Below are positions 20,396 to 31,534 of a stretch of DNA of 64,000 nucleotides, piece by piece. This stretch comes from Histomonas meleagridis 2922-C6/04-290x (Eukaryota; Protista; Parabasalia). The stretch spans positions 248,001-312,000 of the forward strand of contig JAANOX010000278.1 of NCBI GenBank assembly GCA_020184695.1, written 5' to 3'. Below the pieces are notes generated by a model. The model was not told where the DNA came from. It saw only the letters and a program-made list of their open reading frames with translations, and did no database searches. Position numbers and translations under genes: made by a program. Position 1 is the stretch's first letter, and each line of letters begins with the position of its first letter.

Positions 20396-23300
20396 TCAAA
20401 ACGAGAAAAAGTTCGGTCCATTGTTTTGAGGAGGTCCTGAAGTTGAAGCACTTAAATGGTTCTGATTATTATTTTGGAAGTTATTAAACGTTCCCCTTTG
20501 AGGTGTACTTTTTGCTAAATTTCTGAAATCCGAGTAAGGGTCATAAGGGTTCGGTTGGTTATCCAGTTGCAAAGGCATTTGATTTGGCTGTTGTAAAGTT
20601 GTGAAAGGCATATTTGAATTTTGAGGGGGGCCTCCAAACGTATTTTGGTTGAAAGGGTCGAACTGATTTGATTGGTTTATATTTGATGTTGTTGGCTGGA
20701 ACACATCGAAGTTATTATTCGGAGGACTTCCAAACGATTGGAATGTGTTTTGCTGCTGGTTTGAGGAACTACGGAACATGTCATATGATACTTGTTGTGA
20801 CTTATTGTCTTGTTTCGGTGGCGATGAAGTTTGCTGATTAAATAATTCGAGCGATATTATGTTACTGTTGTCTTGCTTAGGCTTTGGCGTGCTTGGCTCG
20901 AACAGCTCAATCTTTGCTTTGCTGTCTTGCGCTGTGGCTGGCGATGGCGATGTCTCAAATAAGTCAATGATTATGTTATCTTGCTGCGGCTTGGACGCAC
21001 TCGGCTTGTCAAAGAGCTCAAACTGCGACTTGTTGTCCTGCTTGGGTGGCTCTGCCTTAACTTGTTTGCTCTGTTCGAAGATGTCGAATTGCGAATTGTC
21101 TTTCTTAGCTTGTTCTGGCTTTGGTTTGTTCTGTTCGAATATCTCAAATGACGCCTTGTTGTCCTGCTTTGGAGGCTCCGCTTTCTTTTGCTTATTCTGT
21201 TCGAATATTTCGAATGAAGCTTTGTTGTCCTGCTTTGGAGGCTCTGTCTGCTTCGCTTTATTCTGTTCGAAGATTTCGAACTGTGAATTATCTTTCTTAG
21301 CTTGTTCTGTTTGCTTTTGCTTGTTCTGCTCAAATATCTCAAATTGCGAATTATCCTTTTTAGCTTGCTCTGCCTTTGGTTTGTTCTGTTCGAATATTTC
21401 GAATGAAGCTTTGTTGTCCTGTTTAGGTGGCTCCGCTTTCTTTTGCTTATTCTGTTCGAATATTTCGAATGAAGCTTTGTTGTCCTGCTTTGGAGGCTCT
21501 GTCTGCTTCGCTTTATTCTGTTCGAAGATTTCGAATTGCGAATTATCTTTCTTAGTTTGTTCTGTTTGCTTTTGTTTGTTCTGCTCAAATATCTCAAATT
21601 GCGAATTGTCTTTCTTAGTTTGCTCTGTTTGCTTCGCTTTATTCTGTTCGAAGATTTCGAATTGCGAATTGTCTTCCTTTTGTTTCTGCGCTTCTTGCTT
21701 CTTCTCTTCCACTTTTTCTTCTTTGTTTTCTTTCGTTACTTTTTCTTCTTTCGGTTTCGGCTTCTCCTGTCTAAATGGGTCAGCGAATGCAAACTGGTCT
21801 TCCTTCGGCTGCTTGCGCGCTGGCTGCGTGAACTGATCGAATGTGTTTGATATTGGCGATGAAGGGCCAAACGCATTCATTTGGTTATTACTAAATGAAC
21901 CGATTGGACTGCCGAACGGATCGCCGCTCATCATTTGATTATTACTGCTGAATGAGCCGATGCTTGGGCTTTGGCTATTAGCGAACGGATCGCTCATATT
22001 TGGAGTGTCGAATGAGCCGATGCTTTGCGATTGGTTATTGTTATTAAATGAACTCGTGCTTGCGCTTTGGCTATTAGTAGCGAATGGATCAGTGATTGGC
22101 GGAGTGTCGAATGATCCAACAGTTGGCGATTCATTCATTGATTGATTACTATTCATATTTGAAGTATCGAATGATTTAATGTTTGCGTTTTGGTTATTAT
22201 TAAATGAATCATTTGCAGTTTGTTTATTATCATTTGATTCTGTTGAAGTTGGATGTGAATTATTGAATAATTCGAATGAATTTGACTTGTAATCTGATTC
22301 ATTTTGTGCAAATGAACTTGATTCAGTTATTGTATTATTTTGATTATTTTGCTTAAATATATCGAAAGGATTTACATCGCCTTTATTTACTACTAAAGAC
22401 TTTGATTTATTAATTGTTTTGTTTTGTTCATTTTTATTAAATATTTCGAATTGATCTGATTTATCTTCTGATGTAATCTTTTGTTCAACGAATGAATTAG
22501 AAGTTGAAATTTTATTTTGTTCATTTTTATTAAATATTTCGAATTGATCTGATTTATCTTCTGATGTAATCTTTTGTTCAACAAATGAATTAGAAGTTGA
22601 AATTTTATTTTGTTCATTTTGTTTAAATATTTCAAATTGATCTGTTGTTATATCATTTTTATTACTTTTTGCATAAGAACTTGATCTATTAACTGATTTA
22701 TTTTGTTCATTTTGTTTAAATATTTCAAATGAATTCGATTCTGATTCATCATTTTTATCATTAACAAATGAATTTGATTTATTAATTGTTTTTTGTTGTT
22801 CATTTTGTTGAAATATTTCGAATGAATTTGAACTTGAGTTTTTATTACTTGCAACAAATGAATTCGATTTGTTAATAAATCCTTTATTTTGATTATTATT
22901 TGGTTTAAATGGATCCGAAATATTTTTATTAGATTTAAATGGATCAGGAAATGTTTGATTATCATTAGCAAATGAATCAGATACATTTGCATTGGATTTA
23001 AATGGATCAACAAATGATTTATTAGCGAAAGGATCAGGGAAATTAGCATTAGCAAATGGATCAGGGAAATTATTATTACTATTATTAGCAAATGGATCAG
23101 GTAAATTAGTATTATTCGATTGATATGGATCAGTTGAGTTATAATTTGATTGGAATGGATCAATGAATGTAAGATTTTCTTGTTTAAATGGATCGACGTA
23201 ATTACGATTAAATTGTTCGAACAAATCGACATTATTATTGTTATTATTATTAAATGTATTATTATCATTTTGTTTTATAGGTGAATTATCAAGTTGATTT

Positions 23301-26300
23301 TGTTCTACAATAGTAATATTATCTTGTTTAAATGTATCAGTAAATCCAATATTAAATTGTACAAATGGATCAATGATTTGTTGTTGATCATTTTTATTCT
23401 GTTTATCAAATAAATCGAATAATTTGTTTTCACTTTCATTTGATTGTGATACATCACTTTGTTGTTGATTCATTGAGTTAAAGAATTCATTTGTATCTTG
23501 TTCATTTTGATCTAATGATTTACTACGTTTATATTCAGTATCATTAAATTCATTAGAACTTCTTTGTTTAAATAATTCGAACGGATCATTTTGTTCATTA
23601 TTAATAGTATTATCTTTAAATTGATCTGATTTCCTTCGCTTAAAACTATCTTCATCTTTTCGAACAATTTCTGTTGGTGTTATTGGTGGTTTAACTGTTG
23701 ATGTTATTGGATGTTTAACAGTAGAACTTCGAGCTCTAATTTTTTGTTTGTTATATAATTCATTTTGATCCAAATCACGTTTAAGGGTTTCATTTTGTGC
23801 AAATAATTTGTTTTCGATACTTTTTTGTTGGTTATCAATAATTTCATTATTTTTAGGAGAAGAATCAATTTCAACAGAAACTTCTTGTGATTTATAAATA
23901 TTTTGTTGTTGTTGTTGTTGTTGTACAATTTCTTGTTTAACAGGTATAGGTTTAGTTTTAATTTTACGTACAACTTTCTTAACAACTTTCGGCTTTTGTT
24001 GAATAGTATTATTTTTAATTGATTCAAGCATATCTTTTAATTGCATGAAAGCGGATTCTAATTCTTCTTGTAAAGGTATAAATGTCGGATTATCTAAAAC
24101 CCATTTTCCATGAACTTTTAATCCTTTCTTATTAATCTTTATGAATAAATCAAATGCATTAATTAATTTTTGTGTCATTTTATCCTTATTTTTAATTTTG
24201 GATTTATCAGTTAAAAATGTTTGAATGATTTTAGATGGACCTTCATTAACAGTAGCTAATAAAGATCCATGTAAAATCCTTTGGATTTGTAAATAATCCT
24301 CACTTTCTAATGACTTTTGTAATAATTCGATTCTTACTTTAATTTGATGATAAGCTACACGTATAGGTTCATAATCAATTATATGAATTCCATCTTTTTG
24401 AACTGGGAATCGTTGTAATACATTTGGTAATTCATAATCAGTATTTAAGATAACTCTTCGTACCCATTGTGTAGTTAATGTACCATGAGTTTGATCAGAA
24501 TCTTTAACAAATGGTGTATCGAAATAAAATTGTGTAATTTTATTAATTTCTTTGTTTTTATAAGGCTCGACAAATGTAATTTGTAAATATAATTTATTCG
24601 GTTGAAGTTTTTCTTGATTCATAAATAAGTTCTCAGTAATTAATTCAACTTTATCATTACCATAAAGTTCTTTATATATCGAAATTAATGATTCTGAGAA
24701 TTGATATACATGTGTTAATCTTTTTTCTCGATATATATAAGTTTTACCATTATCATTATTAAATTCTTCTCCATAAAATGTAACTCTAAAGAAGCGATCA
24801 GTATTAGCATCAGTATCAGAAGATTTAAAATTAGAGATATCTTTAAATAATAAAGAATATGTCGAAAATATTTTCGATAATTCTAAATAAGATCGTTCAT
24901 TCTCAAATAATGGCCAATAAATATCTAATAATATAATTGGTAATATATATGTTAAACCTTTTTGACATAAATCAAAGATTTTCTCAAGATTTGATAATAA
25001 ATGAAACTTTTGGATTTGTTCTGAATCAAATAATTCGATTATATTTAATACCGATTTAATAGCTTCATTAGGCATTGCTAAATTATTAACTAATGAACTA
25101 CATTTAGAAAATGCTAAACATGGATGTTCTAATTCGAAAATATTTGGTAAATTACCATTAAATGTTAAATATTCTATGATTATAGCACTTTGTAATACAA
25201 TTGTAAATGCTGATTCAACTGGTTTATCTTTCTTTTCTAAATAATTCGATAATGATTTTAATATTATGATCATATCATTAGGTGAATATATAAATAAAAA
25301 TGATCTTTCTAATAATAATTCTGATTTCGATTCAATTGTAAGTTTGTTGTTGTTTAATAGTTTTGTATTTGTTATTAACTTCTTAAAAATATCACAAAAG
25401 ATTAATATGTCATCTTCATCTGTATCATTTTGTATTAATTTTGTTAATTCTATTAAATTATTTGATGATAAATTAGAATTCGGTAATAAAAATAATATAT
25501 GTGTTAATACTCCATATATTAAATATTTATTTTTACAAGTTTCAAATATATCAAATATCACTTGTTTAATTTCATTCGAAAAACTATTATTCTCTGATAA
25601 ATATATTAAATATGTTTGTAATATTTCTATTAATGAACATTTCTTTAAATATAATAAATCTTTAAATGATGATTTAATTATCATCGAAAATGTTTCACAC
25701 ATAACTTTTAATGTTTCATTATTACATTTAAGATTTAATATATCATAATATAATTCAATTGTATTATTAACATTATTATTCGTTGAATTCTTTAAATAAT
25801 TCTTCATAAAAACTGATAATAAATAATATGTTTCATTACATATTGATAAAAAATCAATTTGGATCGGGGTTTGATCAAAGTTTAATTCTAAATCTTTTAA
25901 TTCTTTTAATGTATCTGCATGATTAGACTTACGTAATATTAATGTATGTGATTTCTTACGAAAGTTTTGTGGTAATGTATCCAATTTCTTTTCAGGTACA
26001 TTTTCTTTCTTTTGATTTTCATTTTTATTATATTCTTTAATAATTCTTTGTAATATTTTCCTTAATATTATATATAAATTCTTCTCTTGTGAAACTTCGG
26101 TTTCTTTATATGTTATAGGATCAGTATTAAATAATATAAATAATATAAAGAAAACTTCACTTAATTGGATATCATTAGCTTGGAAATTATCCGGATTTAT
26201 AGAATATATTGAAGATTCTAATGTAGTTGATATAGTTATAAGCATTTCTTTAGGATAAAATCTAAATAATTTTAATAATATAATAAATATTTTCGGATTA

Positions 26301-28444
26301 ATTTTATTTTGATATGATTTAATAATAATTTCTAAAACAATTTTTTGGAAATCTACAAAATATTTTAATGAAAAATAGAAAAACTTCGGTTGAAATACTT
26401 TTGTAATGAAATGTGTCGAAATTGCGTTTTCAAAGAAGTTATCTTGAAATTGTTTATTTTGATGTTGAAATATTTGGAATGATATTTCATAATAACCAAC
26501 TTCAAAAAGATAATAAATAAATTCCGATAAATATTCCAGTAAATTTAATTGTTGGTTTTCAGTATTTGTTATTAACTTACACCAATTTATCATAAAATTA
26601 TTAATTTCTTTCAAATCGAAATTCTTTTCATCTGATAAAATTAATAATTTAATAATAAGTCTAAAGAATCCTCTAATACAAAATATTATAGATTTTAATG
26701 AACCATTTGAAGATTCCAAAAAATTATTTAATTTTATCAGAATTTTTTGATGGAAATCTTTATATAATTCATAATCGCCATGAAATGCAAAATAATGTAT
26801 ATATAATAAAAAGTATATTTCAAATTGTGATGACCCAATGACAGGAACTAATATATTTTGTAATGATACAAATAAATGAATTACATTTTTCGTTGTTAAG
26901 TTATTAATTCCATTAATTAATATATCAAAGATAAACATTAAATTATCAATTAATATTGGAACTGGTATAGTTTCTAATAATTGTTGATCACCTAAACTTT
27001 TAACTATTGTATAAATCGCTTTAAATTTCTCAAAGTTTTCATCAGATGAAACTAAATTAGATATAATTTCCGTACTAAATGTTATCGACGCTTTCGATTC
27101 TTGATTAGTACTTTCTAATATTATTGGTGTTGTATGTTTACCATCACCTAGAAATGATTTACTTGAAGAGATTTTATATGTCGATTTACCAATTAAATTA
27201 ATTTGATTTAACTTATGATTAATATTATATATAGTAAAACATAATTGCATTGTGTCTTTAATTGGATATGGTAAATTAATGATAAAAATGTCTTGGAAAT
27301 TTGGACTTGTTTCATCATACCAACATGTAGTATAACTATAATTTACATATTTGGAAGAATCAAATTTAGATTGAATACAATCTAATGCCTCATCATTATT
27401 ACGGATTTCAAATTTGATAATTAAACTTTTGGATTTAAGTTGATGACTCTTGTCTGTAATGGTTTCAATCTTAAGTGCCATTTGATGAAATACCGAAAAA
27501 AATGGAAAATGATTTGTTAAATGTAAACGACGTAAAACATTGAATTCAGTGTTAACGTTCTCCATTGTGACGGTTATTCTGAATTGTTTCGGTTTTTTAT
27601 GTGTGATTTCTTCAATATAAAACGTGACAAATTCTTCCTTAAGTGGCTTTTGGAATAAAGATGGATTTGGAAATGTGATTTTGGAATCTTTTCGAAGTAA
27701 AGATGAAAATTCATGTTCTGTTATTGCAAATATACTAAAAGCATCTTTATGCGCTTCTGTTGATTTAGATAATTTGGCTTGAGCTATCTTCTTGTTTTTT
27801 TCTGTGCTATCAAGATAATATTTAATGACATTTTCCCCATTATGTATTGATGTTGGATGACAAAAAGCAATTATCATACTGACATTATTTGTTACAGATG
27901 CTGGATCAAGATGGAAAGTAATGTTTGATGATGATGAAGTTTCTTCATCAAAAAATTGTTGACATTGTTTGGGATAAAAATGCCATGGTTGAGAAATATA
28001 AGTTCGTGTCTTGTTGTCATAAAGATATGCAATACATGTAATGGGTTCAATAAGCTCGAATTGAAAATCAACTTGAACTTGAAGATTAATTTTCTTTAAA
28101 AATGATGACTCAACATTCGGTGGTGGGAAAGAATCTGATCCCTTGATTTCTGTATTGTCTGTTGATTTAAGTTGAGGCATAATTATTTTTAAAGAATCAT
28201 CAAGATATTTATCAACCTTCGACTCGTCTGGAAACAAAGATTGGGGCGTGCGTTGAACCTCCATTTCATGGATTTCTGAACAAAAGATATTGCCAATTGG
28301 ATCTGATTGTATTTCATTAGTTGAAAATTCTGGAATTTGAAACGGATTTTGAATACCCTTCTTGACACTGACACTATTTTTTATCCATGGTATATCTTTT
28401 TGTTGATTTTCATTTATTTCTTCTTCTATTTGAGGTTCACACAT
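20396..28444 (-). CDS. DOCK: DOCK-family Rho GEF (DHR-1/C2 and DHR-2) with a ~1200-aa low-complexity repeat tail
   Basis: DHR-2 motifs RFFRVTFYG, YIYRE, YLQITFVEPY, FYFDTPF, QWVRRVIL, LHGSLLATVNEGP; single uninterrupted ORF of 2682 aa. Confidence 0.9.
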   Translation of the reverse strand: MCEPQIEEEINENQQKDIPWIKNSVSVKKGIQNPFQIPEFSTNEIQSDPIGNIFCSEIHEMEVQRTPQSLFPDESKVDKYLDDSLKIIMPQLKSTDNTEIKGSDSFPPPNVESSFLKKINLQVQVDFQFELIEPITCIAYLYDNKTRTYISQPWHFYPKQCQQFFDEETSSSSNITFHLDPASVTNNVSMIIAFCHPTSIHNGENVIKYYLDSTEKNKKIAQAKLSKSTEAHKDAFSIFAITEHEFSSLLRKDSKITFPNPSLFQKPLKEEFVTFYIEEITHKKPKQFRITVTMENVNTEFNVLRRLHLTNHFPFFSVFHQMALKIETITDKSHQLKSKSLIIKFEIRNNDEALDCIQSKFDSSKYVNYSYTTCWYDETSPNFQDIFIINLPYPIKDTMQLCFTIYNINHKLNQINLIGKSTYKISSSKSFLGDGKHTTPIILESTNQESKASITFSTEIISNLVSSDENFEKFKAIYTIVKSLGDQQLLETIPVPILIDNLMFIFDILINGINNLTTKNVIHLFVSLQNILVPVIGSSQFEIYFLLYIHYFAFHGDYELYKDFHQKILIKLNNFLESSNGSLKSIIFCIRGFFRLIIKLLILSDEKNFDLKEINNFMINWCKLITNTENQQLNLLEYLSEFIYYLFEVGYYEISFQIFQHQNKQFQDNFFENAISTHFITKVFQPKFFYFSLKYFVDFQKIVLEIIIKSYQNKINPKIFIILLKLFRFYPKEMLITISTTLESSIYSINPDNFQANDIQLSEVFFILFILFNTDPITYKETEVSQEKNLYIILRKILQRIIKEYNKNENQKKENVPEKKLDTLPQNFRKKSHTLILRKSNHADTLKELKDLELNFDQTPIQIDFLSICNETYYLLSVFMKNYLKNSTNNNVNNTIELYYDILNLKCNNETLKVMCETFSMIIKSSFKDLLYLKKCSLIEILQTYLIYLSENNSFSNEIKQVIFDIFETCKNKYLIYGVLTHILFLLPNSNLSSNNLIELTKLIQNDTDEDDILIFCDIFKKLITNTKLLNNNKLTIESKSELLLERSFLFIYSPNDMIIILKSLSNYLEKKDKPVESAFTIVLQSAIIIEYLTFNGNLPNIFELEHPCLAFSKCSSLVNNLAMPNEAIKSVLNIIELFDSEQIQKFHLLSNLEKIFDLCQKGLTYILPIILLDIYWPLFENERSYLELSKIFSTYSLLFKDISNFKSSDTDANTDRFFRVTFYGEEFNNDNGKTYIYREKRLTHVYQFSESLISIYKELYGNDKVELITENLFMNQEKLQPNKLYLQITFVEPYKNKEINKITQFYFDTPFVKDSDQTHGTLTTQWVRRVILNTDYELPNVLQRFPVQKDGIHIIDYEPIRVAYHQIKVRIELLQKSLESEDYLQIQRILHGSLLATVNEGPSKIIQTFLTDKSKIKNKDKMTQKLINAFDLFIKINKKGLKVHGKWVLDNPTFIPLQEELESAFMQLKDMLESIKNNTIQQKPKVVKKVVRKIKTKPIPVKQEIVQQQQQQQNIYKSQEVSVEIDSSPKNNEIIDNQQKSIENKLFAQNETLKRDLDQNELYNKQKIRARSSTVKHPITSTVKPPITPTEIVRKDEDSFKRRKSDQFKDNTINNEQNDPFELFKQRSSNEFNDTEYKRSKSLDQNEQDTNEFFNSMNQQQSDVSQSNESENKLFDLFDKQNKNDQQQIIDPFVQFNIGFTDTFKQDNITIVEQNQLDNSPIKQNDNNTFNNNNNNNVDLFEQFNRNYVDPFKQENLTFIDPFQSNYNSTDPYQSNNTNLPDPFANNSNNNFPDPFANANFPDPFANKSFVDPFKSNANVSDSFANDNQTFPDPFKSNKNISDPFKPNNNQNKGFINKSNSFVASNKNSSSNSFEIFQQNEQQKTINKSNSFVNDKNDESESNSFEIFKQNEQNKSVNRSSSYAKSNKNDITTDQFEIFKQNEQNKISTSNSFVEQKITSEDKSDQFEIFNKNEQNKISTSNSFVEQKITSEDKSDQFEIFNKNEQNKTINKSKSLVVNKGDVNPFDIFKQNNQNNTITESSSFAQNESDYKSNSFELFNNSHPTSTESNDNKQTANDSFNNNQNANIKSFDTSNMNSNQSMNESPTVGSFDTPPITDPFATNSQSASTSSFNNNNQSQSIGSFDTPNMSDPFANSQSPSIGSFSSNNQMMSGDPFGSPIGSFSNNQMNAFGPSSPISNTFDQFTQPARKQPKEDQFAFADPFRQEKPKPKEEKVTKENKEEKVEEKKQEAQKQKEDNSQFEIFEQNKAKQTEQTKKDNSQFEIFEQNKQKQTEQTKKDNSQFEIFEQNKAKQTEPPKQDNKASFEIFEQNKQKKAEPPKQDNKASFEIFEQNKPKAEQAKKDNSQFEIFEQNKQKQTEQAKKDNSQFEIFEQNKAKQTEPPKQDNKASFEIFEQNKQKKAEPPKQDNKASFEIFEQNKPKPEQAKKDNSQFDIFEQSKQVKAEPPKQDNKSQFELFDKPSASKPQQDNIIIDLFETSPSPATAQDSKAKIELFEPSTPKPKQDNSNIISLELFNQQTSSPPKQDNKSQQVSYDMFRSSSNQQQNTFQSFGSPPNNNFDVFQPTTSNINQSNQFDPFNQNTFGGPPQNSNMPFTTLQQPNQMPLQLDNQPNPYDPYSDFRNLAKSTPQRGTFNNFQNNNQNHLSASTSGPPQNNGPNFFSF
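21040..21700. repeat. Coding tandem repeat, 63-66-nt units (DNSQFEIFEQNK../DNKASFEIFEQNK..) with a higher-order duplication
   Basis: About ten units inside the DOCK tail; a multi-unit block occurs twice nearly identically. Confidence 0.9.
22420..22620. repeat. Coding 93-nt tandem duplication (NKISTSNSFVEQKITSEDKSDQFEIFNKNEQ x2)
   Basis: Direct repeat visible in both DNA and protein. Confidence 0.9.
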
Positions 28445-29158
28445 AATTTTGATCGTTTATCACCCAAAATATAAAAATGTCAAAAAAAAAATCTGTGAAA
28501 ATCTTTGTCTGCCACATATTCCCTATCAAAACTGATTCACCGAAAAATTACATTTAACATTTTTTATTATTTTATAGAATTCATCAGCCAATTTATTCAA
28601 ATAAAAATGATTTTTTGAAAACATTAACTTATATGTATTTGAGATTCTCAATTATGTATTTCATTTTTTAATGAATTGGATATTTATATGTTTTTTACTA
28701 ATGACAAATATTGTAAACTTTGCCAAAAATATACCATTCCCTCTCTGTATACAATGACAGGTAATCTTTTATTATGTATTATAATGCCTATTTTAGTTGG
28801 GATATAGTTTTCATCATATAGTTTTATTTTAAAGAAAAAAAATTGAAATGTTTTAGAGTTAGCAAAATATAAACACATGTTTAAACATTTGCTCAATTGC
28901 TGATTACAATGATTTAAAATATTTGTATACAAAATTTATATGTAAAATAGTTGGTATGTTTGGGAAACCATGGAATTTTAAATTGAAAAAAGCACTTTTG
29001 CGGTAAAGTACAATTTTAAAAAGTGTCAACATTTTTTCACTTGGCGGTTTTACGTTGAACTTTAACCGTCTGACTTTCTTTAAAAATTAAATCCAAAAAA
29101 CTGTTGTAATGCAACTTTTGTGTGAATTTTCTTTTCAGCAGCGGTTTTGGATTTTGGA

Positions 29159-31132
29159 ATGATAAATGTCCAAATCTTGACCATTGTATTGCTCAAAAAC
29201 CAAATTTGCAGTTCACCACAGCCTCAATTAAACCTAATGTTTTACAAATATAAATTTAATCAATTTTATAATTTATTTAATGATGATTTTCAGATCAATA
29301 TCCTTCTTAAGATCATTAAATTTTCCTACACTCCTCATAAAAATTTGTTTAATCATTTTGAAAATTTACTATTTCACCATAATCATTGCATTTCAGAAAT
29401 CAAAACTAATTCGTATATGAATTTATTATCGAATGAGTTCAATACTAATTTTTCAATCCCAAATTACAAACTTATACGTAAACATTTTAATGATAAATTC
29501 TTTTATCTTAATAATTTCGAGTTTAGTTTCTTAATAATTGGACAGTCTTTTTTAATTTATTATATTATTTTTAATTTGCTGAGATCATTAAAAAAATTTG
29601 GTATCCATAAGTTAGAATCTTATTATACACCGAAACGAACATTTGGTTTAATTTTTTTCATTTTTCTCTTTATTGTGCATTCATACGAAACGTCACTTAT
29701 TATAACATCTTCAAATGAATTCACTGAAGAAGCAAAAAATACAACGACACATGTTACAATAGAAGGAAGTATAACTTCTATACCAGATGCTTTCCAAGAA
29801 TGGCCTTTGCTAATTTATGCTCAAATTGGAGATTCAGTAGAAACAATTGGAAAAAATGCATTCCAAAATTGTTATAACTTAAGTAATGTAATCTTTGGGA
29901 ATGGAGTGAAAAATATTTTAGATAATGCATTTTATTCATGTTCTTCATTAGATAATATTACATTACCAACATCAGTTCAATCAATTGGAATGTCTGCTTT
30001 TGCTTCATGTACAAGTGTTAAATTTTTTGCTGTTTCTAATGAAAATCAATATTATACTATTCTTGATAATGGTGTGCTTTATGATAAAAATCAACAAAAA
30101 TTAGTTCGTTATCCTGTTGGAAATATTAATGAAAAATATGAAATTCCAAACACAGTAACAGAAATTGATCACTATTCATTTTATTCATGTGTTTCATTGA
30201 ACACAATTGTTATTGGTGAAAATGTTAATGCTATTGGTTCACGCGCATTTCAATACTGCACTAATCTCTATTGCATTATTTATCGTGGTACAAAAATTAA
30301 AACTTCTTATTCAAGCTCCTTTGGTAATGTACCTGCAAAATATGTTTATACCTTAGATACTTATGAAGGAACAAATTTTTGTGGTATTAATGTAATTAAA
30401 GGAGCTACAGAAGAACAGTGCACTGTTCCAACAAATACATTCATTGTATCAAAAACATTCACTAATTCAAATATATTTTCTAACTTAAATTCATTTAATA
30501 GATCAAATACATTTACTCAGTCTAATACATATACTATATCAAATTCATTCACCAAATCTAACACATTTACTAAGTCAAATACATTTTCGCATTCATATAT
30601 TGCTTCTTGTTCGTCAGATATAAGTATAACTCATTCTTTCATTTTAACTGCTTTTTCATATATTTATGAATCTTTTTCTTTATATTCATTTATAACAAAT
30701 TCTTTTTTGCTCTCAATAATTGATTCTTCGCAAACATATATTAATACATATATTATTTATTATGATTATACTGTTGTATTATATACTTCTTACTATATCT
30801 TTTATTCAGATTTTTATACATTAATGAATCAAAACAATATTTTAGTGAATGATAATACAAAGCAAAATATAATCATCGGTATATGCGTTGCAATTGTAAT
30901 TGTATTGATTATTTCAATAGTCATCATAATAATTATACATAAACATAATAAAAAACAAAACAGTAATAGCAATGATTATGAAAATGAAAATAATTTGAAA
31001 ACATTGAAAGAAGAAGAAAATTCAGCATTAGGAAACTTTTCTACAGGATTGTCAATTGCAAATTCTGAGGAAGATCCGTTTGCAAAGGATTTCAAAGAAG
31101 ATAATATCATTATGAATTTTAGCAATATATAA
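29159..31132 (+). CDS. BspA-like LRR surface protein with S/T-rich stalk, TM and DPF..DF.E tail; true start uncertain
   Basis: TpLRR repeats (IGKNAFQNCYNLSNVIFG), TFTKSNTF stalk repeats, TM IIIGICVAIVIVLIISIVIIIII, tail EEDPFAKDFKEDNII. First ATG is 29159, but the BspA-type leader starts near 29648 without an ATG. Confidence 0.85.
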   Translation: MINVQILTIVLLKNQICSSPQPQLNLMFYKYKFNQFYNLFNDDFQINILLKIIKFSYTPHKNLFNHFENLLFHHNHCISEIKTNSYMNLLSNEFNTNFSIPNYKLIRKHFNDKFFYLNNFEFSFLIIGQSFLIYYIIFNLLRSLKKFGIHKLESYYTPKRTFGLIFFIFLFIVHSYETSLIITSSNEFTEEAKNTTTHVTIEGSITSIPDAFQEWPLLIYAQIGDSVETIGKNAFQNCYNLSNVIFGNGVKNILDNAFYSCSSLDNITLPTSVQSIGMSAFASCTSVKFFAVSNENQYYTILDNGVLYDKNQQKLVRYPVGNINEKYEIPNTVTEIDHYSFYSCVSLNTIVIGENVNAIGSRAFQYCTNLYCIIYRGTKIKTSYSSSFGNVPAKYVYTLDTYEGTNFCGINVIKGATEEQCTVPTNTFIVSKTFTNSNIFSNLNSFNRSNTFTQSNTYTISNSFTKSNTFTKSNTFSHSYIASCSSDISITHSFILTAFSYIYESFSLYSFITNSFLLSIIDSSQTYINTYIIYYDYTVVLYTSYYIFYSDFYTLMNQNNILVNDNTKQNIIIGICVAIVIVLIISIVIIIIIHKHNKKQNSNSNDYENENNLKTLKEEENSALGNFSTGLSIANSEEDPFAKDFKEDNIIMNFSNI

Positions 31133-31452
31133 ACATTGTAAAATATCTTTCTCCTGGTCCTTTCATAATTACACATTAACAAATTATTATTAATTATGTA
31201 AACACGAAATAAAAGGTGTGTAGATGGTGATGATCTTTGATAAAACGAAGGATATACATACAAAGAAGAAAATGCAAATATTTAAAGGGATTATATATAC
31301 AAGAATAGCTGTTAAGTGCATTAAAGAATTTCGTTTGATTGTTGCTATTATAAAAATGTTATTTTACAATTTTTATCATTTATTTTGTCTTAAATTATTT
31401 ATTTTTAGACTTTAGATTGTTCTTTATTTTTCTTTTTAAAAAATAAAAAAAA

Positions 31453-31534
31453 CGACACGAACCAGATTCGAACTGATGAGGGATAAACCCATAGGGACTC
31501 AAATCCTACGCCTTAACCACTCGGCCATCGTGCC
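31453..31534 (-). tRNA. tRNA-Ser (TGA), long variable arm, atypical anticodon arm
   Basis: GGCACGATGGCCGAGTGGTTAAGGCG...; acceptor GGCACGA/TCGTGTC, discriminator G, variable arm GGG-TTTAT-CCC, T-loop TTCGAAT. Confidence 0.85.

Noticed and set aside
20859-21836. 325-aa Cys/Leu/Ser-rich plus-strand ORF (and 20971-21597, 21536-21850)
   Set aside because: Antisense or alternate-frame shadows of the DOCK tail tandem repeats, whose Gln/Lys/Glu codons avoid stops on the other strand.
21040-22620. Regular repeats as a CRISPR array
   Set aside because: Units are multiples of three inside a eukaryotic ORF, with no unique spacers and no cas genes.
28684-28932. 82-aa ORF, and similar short AT-rich ORFs at 31224-31415, 7885-8082 and 48331-48528
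   Set aside because: Short, compositionally intergenic, often non-ATG starts, no motifs.
31453-31534. tRNA-Sec or suppressor tRNA
   Set aside because: The anticodon is TGA (Ser), not TCA; it has a normal 7-bp acceptor stem and closely resembles eukaryotic Ser(UGA) tRNAs.
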